A stretch of DNA of 64,000 nucleotides. It comes from a virus. Lineage: Duplodnaviria; Heunggongvirae; Uroviricota; Caudoviricetes. The notes under the pieces are model-generated. The model was not told the DNA's origin. It did no database searches and saw only the letters and a list, made by a program, of their open reading frames with translations. Shown piece by piece: positions 44,820-52,340 of this stretch. The stretch lies in IMG/VR virus record IMGVR_UViG_3300022562_001204, positions 78,551 through 142,550 of that record; one strand, given 5' to 3'. Position 1 is the stretch's first letter. Every line of letters starts with the position of its first letter. Both the position numbers and the translations under genes were made by a program.

Positions 44820-45863
44820 TCACCTCCAGGGTCCGGTGATGTCGATCATGGCTGAACACTCCGCATTCGTTAAAGAGGCAGAGCCCTCCATAGCCCAATT
44901 ACTAGCATTGTAATAACCGCTGACCCCTATTGTCAGAAACACCCGGTCCGTCATACCGGTCACATTGGTAATCAAGGTTCGGTGAGCTGGGGCTACAGTG
45001 AGTTGATCATAGAGTCCAGGAATCGCACCAGTAATTCGACTCGTAGCCTCTGTAGGGGTCTCCACCGCGTAAACGGGTCTTGCAATGACGCCTACACCGC
45101 TCGAGTTTGGAGTACCTATCATCCAACGACGTTTACCCAGCGAGCTTTCAACGTTATAGATTGCGTTCACTGAGCTAGTCACATATCCTCGGACGAACGT
45201 ACTGGTCAGCTTTATGGGCATATTAACGGTCGTCCCATCAAAATTCCCAGCTGCCCTAGCCCAGAACATCCCATCCCCAGTCGCACTCAGTGAACACATG
45301 GGCGAGTACCGGTTATAGACAACCGGCTGCCCCGTGGGGTCTCCATCAACGACATCGCCGTAAAGCAGTGTTGAATACAGATGTCCGCCATAAGCGACGG
45401 CATCTCCAAAGAAGTATCCAGCCCCAGAAGTTGGATTATCAGCATCTGGATAGGTAAACAGGTGGAAACAATACTCATCACCAACGAGGATCCAGGGACG
45501 TGTCGTGGTAGAGAGTTCATCCGACTTGCTGATGGTCGACCCTTGGGTGTACGTGGCGAGACCGAAGGCGTCGGTGCCTGTGTCGATATCGGTCATGGAC
45601 TGATACCCGATCCACACGGCCTTCATCTCGGTATAGGTGGTCGATACAGCACCATCATCCTGGATTCTCAGGTAATACCGACGTCCTTGAGGAGCACGAA
45701 ACACCGAGACGTTCGTCCCAGTGAACTCCTCCGACCAGCCCAGAGGGTCGATGCTGCCATACCCGTTGACCAGGCAGGCTTTCAGAACGTCCAGAAGGGC
45801 ACCAGCGGTTCCGGACAGTACCGGAGCCCCGGAGTCGTCGGAGTAGTAGACGCGTACAGTCAT
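44820..45863 (-). CDS. tail-fibre / receptor-binding-like protein, copy 2
   Basis: 347-aa paralog of 43507..44553. Confidence 0.55.
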   Translation of the reverse strand: MTVRVYYSDDSGAPVLSGTAGALLDVLKACLVNGYGSIDPLGWSEEFTGTNVSVFRAPQGRRYYLRIQDDGAVSTTYTEMKAVWIGYQSMTDIDTGTDAFGLATYTQGSTISKSDELSTTTRPWILVGDEYCFHLFTYPDADNPTSGAGYFFGDAVAYGGHLYSTLLYGDVVDGDPTGQPVVYNRYSPMCSLSATGDGMFWARAAGNFDGTTVNMPIKLTSTFVRGYVTSSVNAIYNVESSLGKRRWMIGTPNSSGVGVIARPVYAVETPTEATSRITGAIPGLYDQLTVAPAHRTLITNVTGMTDRVFLTIGVSGYYNASNWAMEGSASLTNAECSAMIDITGPWR

Positions 45864-45898
45864 GAGTCACCTGGTTCTTATACAGTAGGATTTGAAGG

Positions 45899-46369
45899 CT
45901 ATATGATCTTGAGGTCTTTCATACGAACATACACGGAGAGTTCCGACATCTGAAAGATGGTGCCTAACTCTCTGGCGCTATGGGTCCCGTTCTTGATTCG
46001 GTTCTTCAGATGCGTGGAGGGGATCATCAGCGCTAGCGCAAAGGCGTTAGCCTCTGCTTCCATGGGGTCCACGGTGTTGCTGGAGAGATGGTAGGCCATC
46101 TCCTTCGGGGGATTGATGTGTTTCAGCTCGATATGGCCGAGGCAGTGAGCGATGACGAATCGCTGTCGAGTGGGGATCAGCCTGGGGTTGACGTAGATGA
46201 CCTCACGTCCCATGGACGTGATGGCGTGGCCTTGGTAGCGATCTCGATCCTCTTCTGGGAGGTCGATGACCTGGATATGGCGAGCCCTGGCGATCACTTC
46301 AGGTTCTACGGGAAGTGCCCGGTCCTGCCAGTGTGTTGCGAGTATGGCGTTAGCCAGTGCCTGGAACAT
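45899..46369 (-). CDS. ImmA/IrrE-family (DUF955) metallopeptidase-like protein with HCxxH in place of HExxH
   Basis: FVIAHCLGHIELKH aligns with the ImmA HEL(G)H zinc motif, but Cys replaces the catalytic Glu. EANAFALALMIP matches the downstream E..AN.FA..LLMP ligand motif. The stop is TAG, with a backup TAA 6 codons on. Confidence 0.5.
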   Translation of the reverse strand: MFQALANAILATHWQDRALPVEPEVIARARHIQVIDLPEEDRDRYQGHAITSMGREVIYVNPRLIPTRQRFVIAHCLGHIELKHINPPKEMAYHLSSNTVDPMEAEANAFALALMIPSTHLKNRIKNGTHSARELGTIFQMSELSVYVRMKDLKII

Positions 46370-46376
46370 GTGGGGA

Positions 46377-46389
46377 TTCCTTATATAGG
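46377..46389 (-). promoter_or_regulatory. CCTATATAAGGAA gene-start motif before 45899..46369
   Basis: Plus strand reads ttccttatatagg. Confidence 0.3.
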
Positions 46390-46493
46390 GGTGTAATCCT
46401 TGACACCATTGGATCCCTGGTCAAGACTGATGAAAAAAAAAGAATGAGAGAGGAGCCTAGGCTCCTCTCTCTCTCTCTCACTACACCCGCTAC

Positions 46494-46835
46494 TCAATCG
46501 AGCGGCGGGTAGGGGATCGTCATATGTCCCAAGTATGCCACTACGTCCGGGTTACCTCCAGACGCCACGAACAACTCATTGGCGATCTTGCGGCGACGGC
46601 GGGTGTTCTTGATTCCTTTCAAGAGCTTCCCTTCGATCCAGAGGTTGGCCACGTACGTGGCCTCCTCCTTGTATTGGTGACACCCGGACCAGTAGTTCTG
46701 GGCCGCACAGCTGGTATCGCCCCACTCGGGGGTCCAGCTCTCACCGTAAACTTCTTCAATATACTTATCCATCCACGCCAAAACAGCTGTCAGTTCCGGC
46801 TTCGGGGCAGGGATTGCGATATTACCTTTGATCAT
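46494..46835 (-). CDS. hypothetical protein (113 aa)
   Basis: TGA stop. Confidence 0.5.
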   Translation of the reverse strand: MIKGNIAIPAPKPELTAVLAWMDKYIEEVYGESWTPEWGDTSCAAQNYWSGCHQYKEEATYVANLWIEGKLLKGIKNTRRRRKIANELFVASGGNPDVVAYLGHMTIPYPPLD

Positions 46836-46967
46836 GATAAACTCCTTAGATAGTTGATTGAGCGTCTGGGGGAACAGAGCGCTCGATGTGACAGATTCCT
46901 CTGTCTTTCTTCAAGTTGAATATATCTAACTGAAATTTTCTCAAAAGGGGAAATGTCCCTCCAGACC

Positions 46968-46995
46968 CCGGATAGGCTCTTAGGAGCCTATCCGG
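46968..46995. terminator. stem-loop ccggataggctc-ttag-gagcctatccgg
   Basis: 12-bp perfect stem immediately 3' of the candidate small ORF 47003..47161. Confidence 0.4.
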
Positions 46996-47002
46996 GACTT
47001 TG

Positions 47003-47161
47003 TCACTTCAACATCCACGTCCCTCGACGCTGCAGCTTACGCTTGTTACGGGCCTTGCGGTTGGTTTGCAGCGGCCTGTACGAGACCCTGTACCGCACAA
47101 CAGGAGAACCCAGGGTGTGGTAACAGCTAACGACATCGCAGTCGGTAAAGAAGACGGTCAC
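47003..47161 (-). CDS. candidate small basic protein (52 aa) missed by the 60-aa ORF cutoff
   Basis: Hand-translated from the reverse complement as GTG-TVFFTDCDVVSCYHTLGSPVVRYRVSYRPLQTNRKARNKRKLQRRGTWMLK-TGA. TAGGAGAACGCT precedes the GTG. The gene is flanked by the stop of 47182..47598 on one side and a stem-loop on the other. Confidence 0.3.
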   Translation of the reverse strand: MTVFFTDCDVVSCYHTLGSPVVRYRVSYRPLQTNRKARNKRKLQRRGTWMLK

Positions 47162-47181
47162 AGCGTTCTCCTACAAGTGGG

Positions 47182-47598
47182 TTAGGTGGAGTACTTCTTT
47201 TCTTCGTAAACGGGTGTAGGGGTGCGATCTTCGCTATTGGCACGCTTCTGTGTCGAAATGACCAGCGTCAGCGGGCTACGCGGGTGCATCTGCCAGAAGG
47301 ACTTGATCATCCCCAGGGTCTTGAAGTAGGGGATCTCATCCCGACCCAGGTCGGTCATGTCTGTGAAGTGGCTGGTGCCGCCCGAGACCTTCTGGGCATG
47401 AAAGAGTCCTTTCAGCTCCAGGGACTGGGCGTCACGGCGGGTATATTGAAGGAGCAGGCGGGTGCTGGGCTGGTTTTCGGACTTGATCTCAACCAGTCCG
47501 CGATCAGCCGCGGTCAGTACGCTCAGGCGTTCCCGGGCTGTCGCGAGGAAATCCTCGGCGAGACGCTGGCAGGGATCGGAGGCGGTGCTGGGGGTCAT
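47182..47598 (-). CDS. hypothetical protein (138 aa)
   Basis: TAA stop. Confidence 0.5.
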   Translation of the reverse strand: MTPSTASDPCQRLAEDFLATARERLSVLTAADRGLVEIKSENQPSTRLLLQYTRRDAQSLELKGLFHAQKVSGGTSHFTDMTDLGRDEIPYFKTLGMIKSFWQMHPRSPLTLVISTQKRANSEDRTPTPVYEEKKYST

Positions 47599-47673
47599 GG
47601 GGGTTCCTTCTATGGATTGACAGTATAAGCATGCCAGGGACTACTCCCTAGCATGCCCAGTATTTGGAATTGT

Positions 47674-48135
47674 TTACAGTTTACAGCTGGCCAGTTCAGG
47701 GCCGAGGATCAACACCACCGAGACCTTCTTGGTCCCCGCGTCATACAACTTCTTCAATCGGTGGTTTCCGTCCAGGACGTAGTACTTCCCGGACTCCTTG
47801 ACCGCGATGATGGGGATACTGGGATCCGCCTTGGTTACCCTGGCAGTATCCAGATCCTCCATGACGTTCCACTTCAGGTCGTCCATTGAGACCTGCGTGG
47901 GCGTTCTGCCTTCGACCAGCTCGAAGACTTTATTCAGGGAGTACGGCTTCCCGTGATGTGTGAAAATTGAATCTTCTTCCTGATAGGCTTCATGAGCCTT
48001 TTCCCGCTTGGCTTTCTTGGCTTTCTCGATCTTGGCCATGGTCCCGTAGATATACGCATTCTTGCGATCCCCGGTCAGACCCTTTTCGTCGGCTTCCTTC
48101 TCTAACTTGTCATGCAGTTCCTTGGGCATCTTCAT
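47674..48135 (-). CDS. ParB-like nuclease (ParB/Srx-fold) domain protein
   Basis: The likely start is ATG 48135 or 48129 (MKMPKELHDK). The C-terminal IIAVKESGKYYVLDGNHRLKKLYDAGTKKVSVVLI fits the ParB N-terminal domain consensus (y.lidG.hRl.Aa..G...vpv.v). TAA stop. Confidence 0.45.
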   Translation of the reverse strand: MKMPKELHDKLEKEADEKGLTGDRKNAYIYGTMAKIEKAKKAKREKAHEAYQEEDSIFTHHGKPYSLNKVFELVEGRTPTQVSMDDLKWNVMEDLDTARVTKADPSIPIIAVKESGKYYVLDGNHRLKKLYDAGTKKVSVVLILGPELASCKL

Positions 48136-48187
48136 TCCTCGACATAAAAACAGGCATTGGGCTTCCCACCCAATGCCTGTCATGACG

Positions 48188-48670
48188 TCATTCGACATCC
48201 AAGATACGGTACGGACCCATGTAAGTGGGTCTGAGTATGTCATCGACGATCGGGGCGGTCAGCAGTTTACCGTAATCCTTCACCAGGATGGTGAGATGGG
48301 TTTGCTTGCTGTCGTGCCAGAACGTCTTCATGAACTTGAAGCTGGACGGCCGACCCAGCTCCTGACCGATACGCTCCAGTTCACTCAGAACCTCGAGTGA
48401 TTTCTCAACCTGGCACGGATACTCCAGTTTCTTGAGAGACAGCTTGAGGTGATTGATGAGATCTTCAAACGAGTTGAAGTGCGTATAATCCCGCGTAACT
48501 ACGTATCCCTGAGACATGTTAAAGCCCACTGAAATTGGAAGAGGTGACAGACTACCCTTCGTCCATGAGCGAGTCAAATCCCATTTACCCCGGCCTACAC
48601 ACGGCCGTGACTCTGTCAACCGACGACCTTGTCGTACCGCTATACTACGGCATTTCCGACATCCACGCAT
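48188..48670 (-). CDS. hypothetical protein
   Basis: The ORF track gives 160 aa, but an internal ATG near 48517 (MSQGYVVTRDY) is plausible. TGA stop. Confidence 0.45.
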   Translation of the reverse strand: MRGCRKCRSIAVRQGRRLTESRPCVGRGKWDLTRSWTKGSLSPLPISVGFNMSQGYVVTRDYTHFNSFEDLINHLKLSLKKLEYPCQVEKSLEVLSELERIGQELGRPSSFKFMKTFWHDSKQTHLTILVKDYGKLLTAPIVDDILRPTYMGPYRILDVE

Positions 48671-48793
48671 CTACTTAGGCCATCGTACTGCTGATTCAGC
48701 TTACCTTGTACGTATACAGCTCCTTCGTCAAATGGATGTAACCCATAGTATCCTACCCAGGACTCTACTTAGAGGTCCTGGGTAGGAGAGTTT

Positions 48794-49207
48794 TCACTTG
48801 TCGAGATTGGAGAGATACGCTGAGATGGCTTCTTCCGTACGACTATCCGAACGGACGATGGCGTCGATGGTCTCCTCGTCATAACCCAGTGACGGACCGC
48901 AGATGACCAACAAAGCCTTGATCTCGGGGAGATACACCGGGTCCTTGATCATGAGGTATTCCCTACCGAGAACCTCCACGACCTGAGAGAAACTGGCAGA
49001 TATCGTCGGCAAGGCAGTCGGTAGGTCCGTAGGGAGCATGTCGCATCTCTTAAGCCCTACCAAGGATTCGCTGACGACGAAATAGCACATCTCCATCAAC
49101 CACTTGAAGTAATCGGGGATCTGAAGCTGGTCGATCTGCTCCTTGGTGTAGAGTGGATAGTCTTCCCAATACTTCTCACTGAGCTCAGACATGGGTCTCT
49201 CAGTCAA
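48794..49207 (-). CDS. hypothetical protein (137 aa, TTG track start)
   Basis: TGA stop. Confidence 0.45.
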   Translation of the reverse strand: MTERPMSELSEKYWEDYPLYTKEQIDQLQIPDYFKWLMEMCYFVVSESLVGLKRCDMLPTDLPTALPTISASFSQVVEVLGREYLMIKDPVYLPEIKALLVICGPSLGYDEETIDAIVRSDSRTEEAISAYLSNLDK

Positions 49208-49643
49208 AGATTGAACGGATGATATCGACAGCGGACTCGGCCACCTGACCGGTCAGGGTCTTACGGTCCTTTCGTTCAGGTCGCTTGTCGAAGATCTCGG
49301 TCACGGTATCCAGCAGTACGTCCACACCTTCGATGCAGTCTTGGACGGGTGTGCCGACTGCCACGTCAACTGTCGTCCTGACGGCAGCTTCTGTGAAAGA
49401 GGTCTGTCGGGGCGGCGTGGGAGCGGGGCGTTTTGGCTGCTTCTTGGGGACGGATGCGATGACATTGTCCAGTTTCCGTTGAGTGGCGTCGATCTTGTCA
49501 CAGAGTTCCAACAGTCGATGACGACGTTCGGCGTCGGTTCGAAGAGCCTTGATGGATTCCCTCAGAGCTTCGATGGCCCCCGGATACCCTTTGACATCCT
49601 TGAGGTGCCTCAACTCCATGGGTCGAATCTTTGGATCAGCCAC
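49200..49643 (-). CDS. hypothetical protein (147 aa)
   Basis: GTG start after TATATATAAGGAGTCAC. TGA stop. Confidence 0.5.
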   Translation of the reverse strand: MADPKIRPMELRHLKDVKGYPGAIEALRESIKALRTDAERRHRLLELCDKIDATQRKLDNVIASVPKKQPKRPAPTPPRQTSFTEAAVRTTVDVAVGTPVQDCIEGVDVLLDTVTEIFDKRPERKDRKTLTGQVAESAVDIIRSIFD

Positions 49644-49648
49644 AGTGA

Positions 49649-49661
49649 CTCCTTATATATA
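49649..49661 (-). promoter_or_regulatory. TATATATAAGGAG gene-start motif before 49200..49643
   Basis: Plus strand reads ctccttatatata, 3' of the hairpin at 49666..49693. Confidence 0.35.
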
Positions 49662-49665
49662 CAGC

Positions 49666-49693
49666 ATACAGTCCGGGTCTATCCCGGGCTGTA
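49666..49693. repeat. second copy of stem-loop element acagtccgggtctatcccgggctgtatg
   Basis: Near-identical to 17353..17380. Confidence 0.5.
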
Positions 49694-49701
49694 TGTATGA
49701 C

Positions 49702-50847
49702 TCAGCCCCAGGGGCCGTTCTTCATGGTCAGCCGCATGGCGTTGCCGAGGGTATTGCCCTCTTCACGCACCTTCTTCTTGCGTTTGATCTCGTCAGCCCG
49801 ACGAATGCTGACTTCCTTGGTGAGAAGGTCCACCAGGTCGATGTCCTTCATGGTCTCGCCCACCTGCTCGGCCGTCAGGAGCTTCTCGAGCTTCTTGCTG
49901 ACTTCCTTGGTGAGTTGTTCGATCAGGCGTTCCGAGACGGTCTTCTCGGTCAGGGTGACCAGTAGTTCCGAGTTCTGGTCTGTCGGACTGGGTACGGCCA
50001 CCTTTATCTTGAAGAGGTCGCCAAGGGAGGATGCCTGCTCGGCGGCCCTCTGAGCAACGAAGTCCATCACCTCTTTGACATATTCCTTTCCAAAAGCTGG
50101 GATGGCGGCTTCCTGGAGAGGCTCTGAGGGGGACGCGATATTCAAGAACGGTGTGTACTTGGGTTCACTGAACTGGATCTGCTCGCCCTGACGCGGATGG
50201 ATGTGGTCACTGAGGGTGATCGAGATCGGTGCCGTTTGCTTGGTCTGGTTCAATCCAGGATACGGTGTTCCGGTCTGACTCACCAACTGACCTGTATGGG
50301 GGTCTCGGGCCACCTCGGTCCTGTTCTGATCAAATGGCCCGTACGTCCCCACGTACCCGGCATTTGAGTCACGGACTTCTACGACAGGCATCGAGTTTTT
50401 CAGCAAGTTTCTGACATGAAAGGAAATCTTGTCCAGGCCGATGAGGTCCAGGTTGGTTTTGGAAACGGTATCTTCGTGTGTCATGGGGGGAAGTTCCATT
50501 GGGGAGAGGGCAATGCTCATGAGACGATCGAAACTGTACAACCGGCCAGAGAAGCTCATGACCTGGTCTCGAACTTCCAGAAACTTCCTGGAAGCGAACG
50601 CCTTTGGCCAGGCCAATACTTCAGCCAGATTGTGGCCATGGACCAGATGGTTGATCACCGGGTCGTTGGTCGGGCCATTGCCCTCGATTGAGCCGGGGGG
50701 ACTCTTGAGTTCGAGCGACTTGAACTTTGCAATCGTCTTGGCTTGCTCGGCCTTGTGGTTGTGACGAGCGAAGATCGACTCGAGCAGACTCAGGTTCGAG
50801 GCCTTCCAGATACCTTGGTCCCCTGAATCAAAGAATTTCAAACCCAT
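49702..50847 (-). CDS. hypothetical protein (381 aa), possibly virion-associated
   Basis: Long ORF at the proximal end of the structural block. TGA stop. Confidence 0.5.
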   Translation of the reverse strand: MGLKFFDSGDQGIWKASNLSLLESIFARHNHKAEQAKTIAKFKSLELKSPPGSIEGNGPTNDPVINHLVHGHNLAEVLAWPKAFASRKFLEVRDQVMSFSGRLYSFDRLMSIALSPMELPPMTHEDTVSKTNLDLIGLDKISFHVRNLLKNSMPVVEVRDSNAGYVGTYGPFDQNRTEVARDPHTGQLVSQTGTPYPGLNQTKQTAPISITLSDHIHPRQGEQIQFSEPKYTPFLNIASPSEPLQEAAIPAFGKEYVKEVMDFVAQRAAEQASSLGDLFKIKVAVPSPTDQNSELLVTLTEKTVSERLIEQLTKEVSKKLEKLLTAEQVGETMKDIDLVDLLTKEVSIRRADEIKRKKKVREEGNTLGNAMRLTMKNGPWG

Positions 50848-50946
50848 AAATCACCTAGTTCCTTATTACAGCAGTTTAAAGGTTACCACTTCCGTGATAC
50901 GATCAGATTCAGAGGACTCGGAGACCCGTTGGTACGATCGTTAAAA

Positions 50947-51255
50947 CTACGGGGTGTAGACGAGGGTCAGCACCCAGTAGTCGTCACCACCCTTGACACC
51001 TTTGTGGTTGGCTGCAACAGCTTGGGTCCAGCCAGCGCTGTCGGTAAATTCTGACTCAAGGAAGGCGATCTCGCCGACCGTGAGGACGCCGTCATACTTG
51101 AAACGGTACTCGACTTCCGGGGAGGTCCGGTAGTTGATAGCGCTGTCGATGAACCCCTGGTCTGCCAAGAGGTCATTGATGGTCGGGACCATGGCCGTGA
51201 TGTCGTTACGGACGTACTGGCTAGCCTGGCCAAGTTCTGCGGGGGAGACGGGCAT
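50947..51255 (-). CDS. hypothetical protein (102 aa), TAG stop followed by Phe-TAA
   Basis: ORF ending in TAG, then TTT, then TAA. Confidence 0.5.
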   Translation of the reverse strand: MPVSPAELGQASQYVRNDITAMVPTINDLLADQGFIDSAINYRTSPEVEYRFKYDGVLTVGEIAFLESEFTDSAGWTQAVAANHKGVKGGDDYWVLTLVYTP

Positions 51256-51301
51256 ATCAGTTCCTAAGGTGGGGTTTCAAAATATGCCCGTTTCCGGAGT
51301 G

Positions 51302-52021
51302 TTAACCGCGACGGAAGAGTGCGATGTCATACCCCAGTGTTTCTGTACCGTCACCCAGAGCGTCGATCAGTGGTTGATTCACTTCTTGACCGTTATGCTC
51401 GGCTAGGTGCACACTGGTCAAATTGACGACCACTTCGCCCAGGTCCCTGCGAAGCAGTACCTCGACATTCAACTGAATAAAGTGCACGTGATGATCACAT
51501 ACCAGTGAGCGCAATCGAGGGTCTGTCAGCAGGCTACCATTTATCTGACGGGTCTTGGCGGATAGACCGACTACCACATAGTCGAAAGTATCGGACTCAA
51601 GCGAAAAGACATTGGTGAACATATCGGGCATCGAAGAACGGGCACTGCTGAATGCGACGACATTGTCACCGATCTTCATGTAGATCGTCATAAAGGCCCC
51701 ACACGTCATCAGCCCGTCAATAGACGAATGAAGTCTATCCCGGGCGGTGTCCTCGGTCATGGACACCGCGAGCATGTCGTATTTGACACCGAACTTCATG
51801 GGGGCGGTCGTTACGACATGGCCCGAGTCCAGTCTGACTCGCTTGGCCGGGACAAACGACTCATCAACGAAGAGGTGTCTGGTGGATTCGGTGACGACGG
51901 GGACGCAGAGCCTTGGGAGGCTTCGATTGAAGGGGAGCCGTTCGGTCGTATCTTGAAGTGACAACGGATCTTTCAGCGCATCCGCCAGGTTAGTTTCGCT
52001 GAACTGGATTGTCTGGGCCAT
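51302..52021 (-). CDS. hypothetical protein (239 aa)
   Basis: GAATAAGGAATAACA before the ATG. TAA stop. Confidence 0.5.
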   Translation of the reverse strand: MAQTIQFSETNLADALKDPLSLQDTTERLPFNRSLPRLCVPVVTESTRHLFVDESFVPAKRVRLDSGHVVTTAPMKFGVKYDMLAVSMTEDTARDRLHSSIDGLMTCGAFMTIYMKIGDNVVAFSSARSSMPDMFTNVFSLESDTFDYVVVGLSAKTRQINGSLLTDPRLRSLVCDHHVHFIQLNVEVLLRRDLGEVVVNLTSVHLAEHNGQEVNQPLIDALGDGTETLGYDIALFRRG

Positions 52022-52030
52022 TGTTATTCC

Positions 52031-52249
52031 TTATTCGAAGATCCAGAGGCGTCCGCCCCTGTAATGATTGCTGGTCTTTTTCACCTTGAGGCTGTGACGG
52101 ACAAGGACTTTGACGTCCATACCCTGTCGAAACTCCACGATCTTGTCGGTGACGCGCCCCAGTTTCCCGGAGCATGGCCCTGACTCGATCTGGCGATCGG
52201 AAGCAAACTCGGCATAATCGCCCTCTTGAAAATCGTGATCCATGAGCAC
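52031..52249 (-). CDS. hypothetical protein (72 aa)
   Basis: TAA stop. Confidence 0.4.
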   Translation of the reverse strand: MLMDHDFQEGDYAEFASDRQIESGPCSGKLGRVTDKIVEFRQGMDVKVLVRHSLKVKKTSNHYRGGRLWIFE

Positions 52250-52303
52250 TCCTTGTAAAGTCAGAGTATGACAGCCTCAAATAAAATATATCGAACCTAA
52301 AAG

Positions 52304-52333
52304 AGATAGGGAGGGCTTTCGCCCTCCCTATCT
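52304..52333. terminator. stem-loop agatagggagggc-tttc-gccctccctatct
   Basis: 13-bp perfect stem. Confidence 0.4.
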
Positions 52334-52340
52334 CAGTTTG

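Noticed and set aside
46465-46479. (CT)n microsatellite after the hairpin at 46446..46472
   Set aside because: Only about 7 units and part of the hairpin flank. Noted as a possible slippage site, but no evidence of function.
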